A DNA stretch of 64,000 nt from a virus. Under the pieces are notes generated by a model, which saw only the letters and a program-made list of their open reading frames with translations, was not told the DNA's origin and searched no databases. The translations under genes were made by a program, and so were the position numbers. The stretch covers positions 32,001 to 96,000 of IMG/VR virus record IMGVR_UViG_3300025151_004231, one strand, 5' to 3'. This document shows, piece after piece, positions 8,442-18,434 of the stretch (the first letter of the stretch is position 1; each line of letters begins with the position of its first letter).

Positions 8442-10508
8442 TTACCCAGAATTTTTTGTAAGATAAATCTCTACTTGGACACGTTCTGCTTCTGATAATA
8501 AATCAATGTCATACTCGCCTGTTTTAATTTGAGCAATTATGTATTTGATATATTCTTCATCAAACGTATATGAATCTGTCGAATCTTTATCGATCTCCAT
8601 CCAATCCTTGCCTTCAAACTTAAAGACACGATTTGGCATCTGATCAACTCTTACAAAGATATCGCCTTTGACTGCGATAATTGGGAATGTGGTTCCGAAA
8701 CTAGTTCCTGCTTGTCTTGCGCCACTGTCTTCTTGTAATTGCAATTCAGGGTGCATTTCTTTAATAGCATTCTCATGTATTTGTTTGCCTTCAGGGTCAA
8801 TATAATACTCACTGTCTCTTACTTTTTCATATGTGACACCTTGTGAAACTCTAGGACCACCGTCTTCAGTTGGTGTTTCTACTACCTTGTTGCCTTCATA
8901 CTCTTTAAATGCTTGTTTTGTTTCGTCTATCTTTGCTTGTAACTCTGGGTCTTCTGTTATCACTTCAGGTTCTTCTAAGACAGGCTCGGGTACAGGCTCA
9001 CTCACCTGATCGTTTTCAACCGAGACTTCTTCTTCTAACTTTTTGTGAAATCGACTGAGTTCCCAGTTATCAAAAGCCTCTTTTGCTTCTTCAACACTGG
9101 GTTCTAGTTTTGTGAAATCTAAATCAAACCCTGACATGACATTTGCGGCATCTTCTACAGCACTAGGCGGACTGCTTGCCTTAGAATGCATATCTTCTTG
9201 CATTTTGTCATAGTCTTCTAGGGCATCTTTTGGAAAATCATTTTTGCTTTTTAACATATGCTGACGCCCATGTTCCGAACCAAAAGGTTCCATATCAAAC
9301 CCGCTTCCTAAGGGTTCAGGATCTGGATCATCGGAGGGTTCAGGCTTTTCCAGGCTTTCTTTTTCCTTCCTGCGTTGTTCAAATGTGTATTGTGATGCAA
9401 TCAACAATAGAACTGCTAAAGGATCAAATACAAAAATGATAACCATAATCAACCACGATACTGCGGTTTCTAATAGATTATTATCTGCTTCTTCTGTGCC
9501 AGTAAAAAACTCTGCGATATATCGAATAGGTCCTACTTCACTTTCTACTAATCTAACTGCTTGTTCAGACTCAAACTTTTCGTCTTTTAGTTGGTCGATT
9601 ACATCGTAGATATTATCTATATCTGCATTCCATTCATCAATCTGATTCAAATCATCGTCCTGTGATGATGTAGATTGATCTCTTAAACGATTAATTTCTG
9701 CGTTAGCATCGTTTATTGTCGTCTGTGCTTGTGCCCTGTATCTGTCGATGTTTGCTTGTTGTGTTGCAATATCATCTGCAATTGACTCACGTTGTGGTGT
9801 TTGCTGTACATAGAGGGCTTCTGCTTGAGCCACATAGTCGATTGTTTCAGTCTCTGCTCGTCTAAACGTTCCACCTTCGTCTGTAGTAATTACTTCTACA
9901 CCTCTGTTTCTGAGGTCATTTACTGCTTCATCTAATACTGCTAATTGATCTCTAAGTCTGTCTATCTGACCCTGTGCATAATCAATGTCACCTTGTACTC
10001 GTTCCCATGCACCGTCTCTGATTGTTTCTTGTTGGGCAACAGATGCAGACACATCAAACCCTTCTCCAGATTGCAGACTTGCAATACGTTCTTCTAATAT
10101 TGTAATTCTGTTTTCTTCTCTTGCAATCTGTCCGTCAATACGTTCTACAGTTGCAATGGCTTCTGTTGCGTTTCCAGATGCAGTATCATGTGCTTTAGAC
10201 AAGAATCCAAAAATACCGATTGATGTAATCAACATCAAAACCAGTACGGCAATACTGAGGTAAGTCTTTAACCACCACGTGGCTAGGCCCCAATATCTAT
10301 GTAACCAAACTGCTGTAACGAGTTTGCTTACTTCTAATACCCCTCCCATAATTATAATAGGGATAACTGCCGCAGAGAAAATAGCGGCAAGACCTGACAC
10401 TGAATAATAAATTGCAACACCACTGATAGTAAGTGCTGTAAATAAAGTCAGCCAGGCTATAAAGATGCTTGTCTTCATATAATAGGTGTCCTTTGCGTTA
10501 TCGTACAT
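8442..10508 (-). CDS. membrane-anchored coiled-coil protein
   Basis: three N-terminal TM helices, long coiled coil, EVGPIRYIAE, IIFVFDPLAV, acidic tail; start may be 10478. Confidence 0.8.
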   Translation of the reverse strand: MYDNAKDTYYMKTSIFIAWLTLFTALTISGVAIYYSVSGLAAIFSAAVIPIIIMGGVLEVSKLVTAVWLHRYWGLATWWLKTYLSIAVLVLMLITSIGIFGFLSKAHDTASGNATEAIATVERIDGQIAREENRITILEERIASLQSGEGFDVSASVAQQETIRDGAWERVQGDIDYAQGQIDRLRDQLAVLDEAVNDLRNRGVEVITTDEGGTFRRAETETIDYVAQAEALYVQQTPQRESIADDIATQQANIDRYRAQAQTTINDANAEINRLRDQSTSSQDDDLNQIDEWNADIDNIYDVIDQLKDEKFESEQAVRLVESEVGPIRYIAEFFTGTEEADNNLLETAVSWLIMVIIFVFDPLAVLLLIASQYTFEQRRKEKESLEKPEPSDDPDPEPLGSGFDMEPFGSEHGRQHMLKSKNDFPKDALEDYDKMQEDMHSKASSPPSAVEDAANVMSGFDLDFTKLEPSVEEAKEAFDNWELSRFHKKLEEEVSVENDQVSEPVPEPVLEEPEVITEDPELQAKIDETKQAFKEYEGNKVVETPTEDGGPRVSQGVTYEKVRDSEYYIDPEGKQIHENAIKEMHPELQLQEDSGARQAGTSFGTTFPIIAVKGDIFVRVDQMPNRVFKFEGKDWMEIDKDSTDSYTFDEEYIKYIIAQIKTGEYDIDLLSEAERVQVEIYLTKNSG

Positions 10509-10535
10509 AGTATTTAGTACGATTTTGCACGTTTT

Positions 10536-10844
10536 TTAATTAGTATTTTCTCTTCCAAGTTCTTTTGCAAATAAATGACCATATGTGTCAATAAATTCTT
10601 GGTAAAACATAGTCAACTGTCTAGGAATGCCTGGACCTTGTTGTATGTGATATTTGATACAAGGTGCGATGCCATCTTCTCCTTTACCTTCGATACCCTT
10701 ATCTCTAAGTTTAACTTCAACGATTTGTAAATAGTCACCGTCTGGAAAGGTATATTTTGCGCCAACTAGTTTATGTAGTTTTAACTTTATAATATCTTCG
10801 GGCCAATCTTGAGGCGTTTGATTAATGTCAGACATCCTTTTCAA
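10536..10844 (-). CDS. hypothetical protein
   Basis: ORF packed within the operon. Confidence 0.65.
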   Translation of the reverse strand: MKRMSDINQTPQDWPEDIIKLKLHKLVGAKYTFPDGDYLQIVEVKLRDKGIEGKGEDGIAPCIKYHIQQGPGIPRQLTMFYQEFIDTYGHLFAKELGRENTN

Positions 10845-11142
10845 TTACCTCCATGTCGTAAGTGACATCGAATCCGCCCTTTCTCATAGTCCACCAATCG
10901 TCTTCATCTAGGTAGTCCCAATCGATTCCGTAAAACTTGTCATAACCATTTTCCTCGTAACCCATTTCTTCTAGGTCATCAACAAGTAAATCTCCTGATA
11001 TAAGATCATCAAAAATTTGTTGAACTTCTTTATCAGACTTATCTGGAAAAATATCTTTAAGATATGCTATATCAATTTCTAATTGATATTTTCGTTGGAC
11101 TTGATGCCACTCAGACATCGTTGCTACAATTACTTTTGACAT
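10828..11142 (-). CDS. hypothetical acidic protein
   Basis: ORF abutting its neighbours. Confidence 0.7.
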   Translation of the reverse strand: MSKVIVATMSEWHQVQRKYQLEIDIAYLKDIFPDKSDKEVQQIFDDLISGDLLVDDLEEMGYEENGYDKFYGIDWDYLDEDDWWTMRKGGFDVTYDMEVIEKDV

Positions 11143-11343
11143 TTAATAACCTGATGTCCAGTGAGCATATTCTTGGTCACAATTGTACTCACCACAGCAA
11201 CATTGACCGTTATCACTATCGATGTAATCATCATCACCTGGTTGTGCTGGAAGCATATCTGCTAATGTATGCAAGTTGCCTTCAGTGTCTGTAAACTCAT
11301 ACTTAGTATGAGATTGCGGCGCTTTTATTTTTTCTATTGCCAT
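11143..11343 (-). CDS. small protein with possible metal-binding C-terminus
   Basis: CCCGEYNC...YAHWTSGY; AGGAG RBS. Confidence 0.65.
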   Translation of the reverse strand: MAIEKIKAPQSHTKYEFTDTEGNLHTLADMLPAQPGDDDYIDSDNGQCCCGEYNCDQEYAHWTSGY

Positions 11344-11352
11344 ATCTTTCTC

Positions 11353-12789
11353 CTATTTGTCGTCCCTAAATCTGACAAATCTAGGGAATCTTAAACTGTA
11401 TGAACCGTCCTGATTTTGAGATACTGCATCACATAATATTTCAGCAGTCTCACCTATAACGTCATCCGATGCTGACCAGAACTCGTCTCGTTGTTCGTCT
11501 GAAAATCCAGACCCAACATTTACTTTGATAAGTTTGCCATCGTCTGTACCCTGACAAACTAATGCACCCAGTCTACCTTCATTACGACCAGTACCCTGTT
11601 CTAATTCGATGACTTCTAAGTCTACAGTAATAGTAGGCTTCCATTTCATCCAGAAGAGGTTACGTTTACATTCGTAAGGAGCCTCTAATTCTTTGATCAT
11701 AATGCCCTCAAATCCTGCATTGACCATATCGTTAGAGTATGTCTTAAGTTCTTGCTTACCTTCATCGGTGTCTAAGTCAACAATGATGTGCGACATAGTT
11801 TCTAGTGAACTAAGATCAGCAAACAAGGGTGCTAAGTTATTCATTGCAGTAACACGTTTTCTAAATTGTGCGTTGCAATGTCCACGTTGAAAGTCTGCTA
11901 GTGGCATGACATCAAATACATGAAATACTGTATCATCAGCCTTAGCATCAGTTTTTCTACGTGCTTGTGTCATCAATTCATTGAATGATGCACCAACTAC
12001 TTCACCATCGAACACAAATCCATTTCTGCAATTCCCGATATCCTTGCCTAACAAGGTAATTATTTTTCTTACATTACTAATTACTTGTGCTTCAATGTGA
12101 GTGAAGTTCTCAAATACTTTTCCGTTACGACTGTAACATGTTGCAATCGGCTCAGGATGATCATACATGCCTGGCTCAAATGATACTACCATCAGAACTC
12201 TGACACCATCTAATTTTGGTTCCAGTCTTTTAGTGCCTGACATTTCAGGGCGACCTTCTGAGTTAGTAGCAAGTTGACATTTGAAAACTGGTACTTCGTA
12301 GTCAGTTTTTTTGCAAACTTTGTTAATTGTAGCAACAGAAAATCCTGCACGTAAATCTCTGCGAATGACTGGAGCACAAAAGTTATTCCATTCATCATCA
12401 GTAAATCGTACAGCCATTTCTTCTACTGCTTCGACAGCGGCATTACCAGTTAACTTGCGTTCTTTAAGTTCTTCTAGTAATGCAATAAAGTCTTCCCAAG
12501 GATTCTCCTCAGCAAAACAATTATCTTCTGCTTCAGTAGGACGTTGAATTGAGACTTGTCGTTGACCTGTCTCAGGATCTTCGATTACTTCAGTAGTAGT
12601 TGAAGTCTTAGAAGGAACCTTACGCACACCAAATGTAACGTAAGGATTGTAGCACATGCCTGCAAGTTTTAGAAACGTATCTGCATTGTCACTACCTAAT
12701 ACGGCGGCCTCTAATGCTTGTTTCAAAACATCCTGTTTATGAAGTTTTGAATTAGATTCGTTAAGTTTATGTATCCAACTTGCACTCAT
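11353..12789 (-). CDS. ATP-dependent DNA ligase
   Basis: EPKLDGVR, FDGEV, EGIMIK, KWKP, VGSGFS, SLRFPRF motifs. Confidence 0.96.
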   Translation of the reverse strand: MSASWIHKLNESNSKLHKQDVLKQALEAAVLGSDNADTFLKLAGMCYNPYVTFGVRKVPSKTSTTTEVIEDPETGQRQVSIQRPTEAEDNCFAEENPWEDFIALLEELKERKLTGNAAVEAVEEMAVRFTDDEWNNFCAPVIRRDLRAGFSVATINKVCKKTDYEVPVFKCQLATNSEGRPEMSGTKRLEPKLDGVRVLMVVSFEPGMYDHPEPIATCYSRNGKVFENFTHIEAQVISNVRKIITLLGKDIGNCRNGFVFDGEVVGASFNELMTQARRKTDAKADDTVFHVFDVMPLADFQRGHCNAQFRKRVTAMNNLAPLFADLSSLETMSHIIVDLDTDEGKQELKTYSNDMVNAGFEGIMIKELEAPYECKRNLFWMKWKPTITVDLEVIELEQGTGRNEGRLGALVCQGTDDGKLIKVNVGSGFSDEQRDEFWSASDDVIGETAEILCDAVSQNQDGSYSLRFPRFVRFRDDK

Positions 12790-12821
12790 ATGCTTCTCCT
12801 AATTATTGATAATATGCTACT

Positions 12822-12850
12822 ATTATACATCCAAACTGTTTGAATGTCAA
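12822..12850 (-). promoter_or_regulatory. consensus sigma70 promoter for the ligase operon
   Basis: TTGACA-17 nt-TATAAT. Confidence 0.8.
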
Positions 12851-13005
12851 CCCCTAGGTTGATTAAAAGCGGCAACTGCTTGGTCCCACCATATGGATAG
12901 TTGAGTGACTCCTGCGGTCACAACGTCTCCAACGGCACCTGCTCCGCCGTACATAAATGTACAAAGTAGATATCCTACGACAAAGCCTATTGCTAGATTT
13001 TTCAT
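12847..13005 (-). CDS. small membrane or exported protein (52 aa, not in the ORF track)
   Basis: MKNLAIGFVVGYLLCTFMYGG...; GGAGG RBS; ATGA overlap with the upstream gene. Confidence 0.65.
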   Translation of the reverse strand: MKNLAIGFVVGYLLCTFMYGGAGAVGDVVTAGVTQLSIWWDQAVAAFNQPRG

Positions 13006-13679
13006 TTTTCCTCCATTACTTTAACACGATTCAACTGGGTGGTCACTAGTCCATCATCGTCAGTGCGATGACCTTTGACTGTGCCCTTAATTCTAAGTTC
13101 AGTGTCTACTGCTGGATGCAAAGTAGAAGAGGCAAAAAATACTACGTCACCAGTGCTAGTCTTAGCAGTGATAAAGTAGCAATTATACCTGTGTGACAGA
13201 ATGGTTCTAAGGATAGTAACATCCAACTCTATTCTGTCTTTGATTTTACCGATAGCAGTAGAAGTCTTAGACTCCTCAGCAATTCGGTCCTCTTGACCTT
13301 TTTTAACAATAGCACGGTCATATGCTTTTGGAAGACTTGCGATCATACCGAAATCACTTGAATTGGTGATCGTGTCTTTATCTGCTAATGCCATAGCAGA
13401 CTTATCAAAATCTGACATCCAACCACCTTGCAACATTTTAAATGTCAAGGCTTTGTAATGTTGACGAACTTGAACACCAAGATTCTTGGTAGTAGCATCA
13501 ACACCCTTAAGGTTGTTCTCCAAAAGGTCGAACATGATATCACGGTTGGATTTTACTTTGTCAGAGCCCTCATGTGCCTTCACATAAGTCTTGCCGTTAA
13601 GCAAGTATGCTTTCGCAGAAGCGGCCCAAACATCGTTGGCTGAATATTCGATTCTGTTTTTACGCATAGTCTTATACAT
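13002..13679 (-). CDS. hypothetical protein with C-terminal OB-fold-like domain
   Basis: IGKIKDRIEL...IKGTVKGH...TQLNRVK pattern. Confidence 0.65.
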   Translation of the reverse strand: MYKTMRKNRIEYSANDVWAASAKAYLLNGKTYVKAHEGSDKVKSNRDIMFDLLENNLKGVDATTKNLGVQVRQHYKALTFKMLQGGWMSDFDKSAMALADKDTITNSSDFGMIASLPKAYDRAIVKKGQEDRIAEESKTSTAIGKIKDRIELDVTILRTILSHRYNCYFITAKTSTGDVVFFASSTLHPAVDTELRIKGTVKGHRTDDDGLVTTQLNRVKVMEEK

Positions 13680-13682
13680 TCC

Positions 13683-14096
13683 TTACATACTCCAGTATGT
13701 TTCAGTTAAAGGGTCAGTGCAACCACCTACTTGACTTTGAGGTAGAGTGATTGTTATTTTCTTACCAGTGCCAGGAGCAACTCCTGTTCTAGTGATCATT
13801 GGCTCAACATAATCTTCGACTGCGACAATTGAATAAGACGATGCAAACTGTTTGTGAACACGACCCAATTGTTGCTCAGTAGCATCACGGTATGCGTTGT
13901 ACATCGGAGCATAATACTCAGGGTCACCATTAGCAACACATTCAGCAACTTGCTGATATGCTTTTTCGTAATACTTTACAGTACGAGTGATACCTGCTTT
14001 AGCGGCACCTTGAGTCTTGTATTCCTTACTTGAATAAGAACGTCTAGTTGGCTCTTTGTGAATTGAATTGTCAGAATTGTCGATGATTAAATACAT
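13683..14096 (-). CDS. hypothetical early protein
   Basis: YKTQGAAKAGITR, C-terminal DPLTETYWSM; AAGGAG RBS. Confidence 0.7.
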   Translation of the reverse strand: MYLIIDNSDNSIHKEPTRRSYSSKEYKTQGAAKAGITRTVKYYEKAYQQVAECVANGDPEYYAPMYNAYRDATEQQLGRVHKQFASSYSIVAVEDYVEPMITRTGVAPGTGKKITITLPQSQVGGCTDPLTETYWSM

Positions 14097-14128
14097 ACCT
14101 TCTCCTTGATTTTTCATAATATACATAT

Positions 14129-14157
14129 ATTATACGCAAAATATTACCCAAAGTCAA
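14129..14157 (-). promoter_or_regulatory. sigma70-type early promoter
   Basis: TTGACT-17 nt-TATAAT. Confidence 0.75.
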
Positions 14158-14206
14158 GCCTTTTATCCAATTATTTTCACTTTTTTCTTGTAATATAATC
14201 AATAAC

Positions 14207-14491
14207 TTACTCAGTTTCATCGTCTCTAACGATACGTAAGAACGGTTTTTGACGGATAACTGGTCCTTGAACTGGCTTAGGTTCCGCATATTCAGCACCC
14301 TCAACTTTGGGTTCAATTGTCTTGCTCAAATGCTGAGTCATTTGTGCTAACATAAGAACGATATCGTCCTTGTCCTCTTGCTCATCTAGTGTGTTTAACC
14401 AGTTTTCTAGTTCTTTAACTCCACCGTTAAAGAGTAACTGTGCTACCCATTTTATATTAGTAGCATATCTACCTTCATTCCAAATACTCAT
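14207..14491 (-). CDS. hypothetical protein
   Basis: TAATG coupling to the upstream gene. Confidence 0.6.
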   Translation of the reverse strand: MSIWNEGRYATNIKWVAQLLFNGGVKELENWLNTLDEQEDKDDIVLMLAQMTQHLSKTIEPKVEGAEYAEPKPVQGPVIRQKPFLRIVRDDETE

Positions 14492-14823
14492 TAGTGATTT
14501 CTTCCTCCGTCAAATACACAAACAAAATACAAACCGAAGACTCCTGTGTTGAAGACTCTGTGAAACTCTCCATCATTGATGCAAACTACATCTCCTTCTT
14601 TAACGGGAAATCGTTCGCCGTCTATTTCCATTTCACCTTTACCTTTGTGAAAGAAATAAACTTCTTCTTGACCTGCATGTGTATGGCCATTTGTACTTTG
14701 ATTTGCTCTCAGCATTGTACTACTAAGTATTAAGTTATCACCAAATGCATTATCTTTTAATACATATTGGGCATTATCTTTAATTACCTTTCCACCAATG
14801 TCTTCCATTTTTACTTTTTTCAT
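14491..14823 (-). CDS. cupin domain protein
   Basis: GHTHAGQEEVY and GEFHRV motifs. Confidence 0.88.
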   Translation of the reverse strand: MKKVKMEDIGGKVIKDNAQYVLKDNAFGDNLILSSTMLRANQSTNGHTHAGQEEVYFFHKGKGEMEIDGERFPVKEGDVVCINDGEFHRVFNTGVFGLYFVCVFDGGRNH

Positions 14824-16529
14824 TAATCGTACTCCGGGGTATATGGTTCATATTCGCCTGTATACCAATGTTTAATAATTTTTTCTGCTGGCTTGCCCCT
14901 CACTGATTGAGAGATATTTGGGAAGCCTTCTATTCCGTCACCAAGTCTTTCACCACTGTTAGGAATTAGTGTATCTGACAACCAGTACGCAGTACTTGCC
15001 GTAGTTCCTTTTGTATTGAACCAAGGTTGTTTATCAACTGCTCTTAACATACCTTCTATATACATTGCTTGTGCTGAGAAATCAGTTGGGATAGACCATT
15101 GCATACATCGACCTTCATATGATACGCCATCATATGTGCCTTCAGTACAGAAGCCGTCTTCATACCAACCTCTACTTAAAAACATTTTATGACTTTGAGC
15201 AAACAGATTCCAAATTACTGGGGGAATATCATATGTAGTATATTCCCCACACGGGTGACCATCATTACAAGTCCATTCATTATACCTATCAGAAATATAA
15301 GTTGCTATTCGTTCTTCTACTTGCTCTACAGTAGCACTATCTTCTTCGCCAGGAAAGAACAGAGTAGGTAAAGAAAAGGTCCACGCATCTATCTGGTCCA
15401 TTACACGTGAATCATTCCACACCATGCCCTCACCCATGAACACTTCGCCATCAAATCGGACTTTAATTTCAGATATGATACTAGCCATTCTTTCCATATA
15501 ATAATTTTCGAGGTATACTCTTTCTTCCTGTGATGCTTCATTTTGTAGACCACAGAAGCATATCCACATAGCACTCCAATCTGCTGACATAGATGATGCT
15601 CCCACTGATTGCAGTCTCTCTGCTTCCCAAATCATGTGTTTTTCATGGGTATCCATAATTCTTTTTAATAATGCTCGGTCAACATAAGCCATGCCATCAA
15701 AGGGAAACAGCATTGTATTAGTATCATCCAATACTAAAAACTGCCATGCATAGTGCATTTTCATTCCTAACTCTTTGGCAGTTTCGGCGATGAATTCTAT
15801 TTGCGAATCAGTTATATGTTTACGACCGTGATTGATAGTCCATGTTTCTTCTGTGTGATCGTTCCAGTAACCAAAGTTATATACCCATGCAGTTTCTACA
15901 CCGTGTTCTTTTAGTCGGCGTAATGTCGTTCTATACATTAATTTGATATACTGATCTTTAGTACAATGGTTTACTAAATTGGTTTTGTTTTTATAGTTTT
16001 CATAAACCCATTGAACACCGTAATCTTTAAAGCCGATTGCTTTAAAATGTCCTTCTCCGAATGAATTCTGCGGCATAGGTATATCAAATTCACCTAAGTA
16101 TTCTTCTTTGATTTTTGAACTGTGTGGGTTTGTACAAGAGCCTTCACTGTCTTCGTCATTAACGGTAACATCTACACTTGCAGTACCACCTGAACAATTG
16201 ATAGAGAACGTGTGATCACCATAACTATCCATTGTAAAATTCTCACTGCCACTCAATGACTTGCTACCTGACCAATAACCAGATGCTGTACATGAGGATG
16301 CATTTGAACTAGACCAAGTTATTGTAATAGGGTCACCAACTACAACACTTGTTTTACTTGCAGTCATTGATACGGATGCATTAGAATTGTTGCCACCGCT
16401 ACTACTATTACCACCACTGATTGTGCCACCGATGATTGCTCCTGCAGTGTCTCCTCCACCTCCACCGCCACCACATGCAGTGATGATTGCTAGTAAAGGG
16501 ACGATAGTAATATGTCTATAAAATGTCAT
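14823..16529 (-). CDS. lipoprotein with Ig-like domain and possible glycoside hydrolase-like barrel
   Basis: ITAC lipobox plus poly-Gly linker; TITWSSSNASSC domain; AKELGMK, DFSAQAMYIE, GKPAE.II..WY. Confidence 0.6.
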   Translation of the reverse strand: MTFYRHITIVPLLAIITACGGGGGGGDTAGAIIGGTISGGNSSSGGNNSNASVSMTASKTSVVVGDPITITWSSSNASSCTASGYWSGSKSLSGSENFTMDSYGDHTFSINCSGGTASVDVTVNDEDSEGSCTNPHSSKIKEEYLGEFDIPMPQNSFGEGHFKAIGFKDYGVQWVYENYKNKTNLVNHCTKDQYIKLMYRTTLRRLKEHGVETAWVYNFGYWNDHTEETWTINHGRKHITDSQIEFIAETAKELGMKMHYAWQFLVLDDTNTMLFPFDGMAYVDRALLKRIMDTHEKHMIWEAERLQSVGASSMSADWSAMWICFCGLQNEASQEERVYLENYYMERMASIISEIKVRFDGEVFMGEGMVWNDSRVMDQIDAWTFSLPTLFFPGEEDSATVEQVEERIATYISDRYNEWTCNDGHPCGEYTTYDIPPVIWNLFAQSHKMFLSRGWYEDGFCTEGTYDGVSYEGRCMQWSIPTDFSAQAMYIEGMLRAVDKQPWFNTKGTTASTAYWLSDTLIPNSGERLGDGIEGFPNISQSVRGKPAEKIIKHWYTGEYEPYTPEYD

Positions 16530-16593
16530 TCTGTGTACCTATATGTGTCAAGTGTTTATACAGTATACATAAAATGGTGACCAAAGTCAATAG

Positions 16594-16627
16594 AAAAATG
16601 CCCAAATCTTGCGAAATGGGCATTTTT
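16594..16627. terminator. rho-independent, probably bidirectional terminator
   Basis: AAAAATGCCCA...TGGGCATTTTT. Confidence 0.75.
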
Positions 16628-16666
16628 GTTTTTTAAGTCTTTCTTTGAGGAACTGATATTAGATTT

Positions 16667-16789
16667 TTAAATGCTAATTTGCCCAATTGAGTGAATCATA
16701 ATCCAAGTCGTTGTTATAAATAACATGACTTCTCCTACTACTTCGCCTCTGGGCATCCAGTGTTGCGTTGTGCAAAAGAATTTCTTCAA
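16667..16789 (-). CDS. 40-aa small membrane protein (TTG start, not in the ORF track)
   Basis: MKKFFCTTQHWMPRGEVVGEVMLFITTTWIMIHSIGQISI; GGAG RBS; terminator downstream. Confidence 0.55.
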   Translation of the reverse strand: MKKFFCTTQHWMPRGEVVGEVMLFITTTWIMIHSIGQISI

Positions 16790-16934
16790 TGTCGTCTCCG
16801 TGTGTGTAATGCAAAGGAGTAGTTTTTTCTAACATCTAAAAACGGTTTTTTCAAATGTGTAAAAAATGCTACTATGTAGGACCCTCCTACAATTCTATTT
16901 ATACCTAATGTTCGATAATGCTACTTTTCGTAGC

Positions 16935-17018
16935 AAGTGTCATAAAGTGTCATACCGCGGAAGCAATATGGGGTACAGATAATTTTAGTTACCTTCTAAA
17001 GTGTCATAGAGTGTCATA
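16935..17018. repeat. two tandem pairs of a 10-bp direct repeat (A/G)AGTGTCATA
   Basis: AAGTGTCATAAAGTGTCATA at 16935 and AAGTGTCATAGAGTGTCATA at 16999. Confidence 0.85.
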
Positions 17019-17433
17019 CTTTAGAGTCTAAATATTCTTTTAAGTTGCCATGCAATGTAATCATCATAGCAGTTTTATGTTCGTAAACCCTGATAAAAGG
17101 TTGTCCTTTCTTGCCCCTTAGTTTATGTACGCCGAGGTAATATGGACATTTAATCTTTTTTATAATTTCTTGGATAAATGCCTCTGGAGCAACAATTCTT
17201 CTCTTGTGCATTCCTTTAGGGTCAAGTCCTAACTCAAAATCATAATGTTCAAGTTTTGCTAATTTGAATAATCTGAGCCCTTCTTCACTGAGTCTTAGAC
17301 CTTGTCCGCCTCGACCTGTCAACCACATTTTGAATATGACATCGCCTAAAGGCATATTGGGAGGTATAATACCTTCGGGTATCTCCTTTAGTATTGCTTC
17401 TGTGATTTTTTCTTTGCTTCTAGGAAATTTCAT
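17014..17433 (-). CDS. hypothetical protein
   Basis: GLRLSEEG, CPYYL; operon packing. Confidence 0.75.
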   Translation of the reverse strand: MKFPRSKEKITEAILKEIPEGIIPPNMPLGDVIFKMWLTGRGGQGLRLSEEGLRLFKLAKLEHYDFELGLDPKGMHKRRIVAPEAFIQEIIKKIKCPYYLGVHKLRGKKGQPFIRVYEHKTAMMITLHGNLKEYLDSKV

Positions 17434-17719
17434 CCGGGTAAACTGTGCGTCCTGAGTTTAGGAATACGACAGTAAACTTGTCAGTTTTAAATTGTGCATT
17501 TAATTTTCTACACAGATTTCTAGCATGTCCTGGATTAGAGAAACTAGTTTTTTTGTACTTTGGAGCCGCATCGCCGTTTAGATAATGTGATGATTTTAGA
17601 TTGATAGGTTGATCATCATAGTAGACAGCCCAAATACCGGACGCCTCAATGATTTGGTCACACTTGTATGTGTCTTTATCAACATACTCTAAAATTACAT
17701 GTGGCTGATTTCTACTCAC
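17420..17719 (-). CDS. hypothetical protein
   Basis: KYKKTSFSNPGHA.NL..KLN; operon packing. Confidence 0.78.
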   Translation of the reverse strand: MSRNQPHVILEYVDKDTYKCDQIIEASGIWAVYYDDQPINLKSSHYLNGDAAPKYKKTSFSNPGHARNLCRKLNAQFKTDKFTVVFLNSGRTVYPDEIS

Positions 17720-17916
17720 TTGAACGAGCCGCCTTTAACTTGTACATCAATTGTTTCTTCATTATCTTTTTCCTTTTTCAACTCATTCAATTCTGCTAAC
17801 AACATAACTAAATCGTCTCGCAAACCTCTGGCTTGATCAATTGGGAGAACAACAGTTGTACTTCTCTTGCTCTCTCCTAATGATACTTTGTTCACAAAAT
17901 CTTTTATGTGTAACAT
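17716..17916 (-). CDS. hypothetical protein
   Basis: ORF downstream of TAAATA; ATGA overlap. Confidence 0.7.
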   Translation of the reverse strand: MLHIKDFVNKVSLGESKRSTTVVLPIDQARGLRDDLVMLLAELNELKKEKDNEETIDVQVKGGSFK

Positions 17917-17923
17917 AATATGC

Positions 17924-18391
17924 TTATATATTTATCAGATTTTTTGCTTCTTCCCTTGTTTTAAAAGGACCTTGATAAGGATATCTTTGAATAAAGATGT
18001 ATTTTGGGCAAAATATAACTTGGTCGATTCCGTTATGTTGCACTACAAAGTAGCCTGCGGCATGAAAGCATTTTGATTTTTTAGTCTTAGTAAAAACATG
18101 AAGACCGCGTTTGACATCATAAACAGAATTATATGTCCTAGCAGTTGTAGGAAATTCCGGGTACGGAGTATCTACATTTGCCTTCGATTCTTTGGGTGCT
18201 ACAAACTTAATTTTAGTATTTTTTTGAATCTTTTTGATAGACTCAAATTCAAATACTTCGTCTTGTAAAGTAACGTTAAATGTTCCTACATTGTTTGCAC
18301 AAACATTACCGACTTTTCTTTCGCCGTCTTTTAAAATCCAAAACTCATCATCTTTGATGGGCTTTGCAGTCAATTCTACATCTAATATCAT
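17924..18391 (-). CDS. hypothetical protein
   Basis: FCPKYIFIQRYPYQGPFKT; GGAG RBS before MILDVEL. Confidence 0.75.
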   Translation of the reverse strand: MILDVELTAKPIKDDEFWILKDGERKVGNVCANNVGTFNVTLQDEVFEFESIKKIQKNTKIKFVAPKESKANVDTPYPEFPTTARTYNSVYDVKRGLHVFTKTKKSKCFHAAGYFVVQHNGIDQVIFCPKYIFIQRYPYQGPFKTREEAKNLINI

Positions 18392-18434
18392 CTTTTCTCC
18401 ATTAAGTTCGTAAACGTAAATTTTGCTTTCAGTT

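Noticed and set aside
16935-17018. Canonical Pho box or mini-CRISPR
   Set aside because: Period is 10 bp rather than 11, and the repeats are too short for CRISPR; kept only as an unassigned repeat
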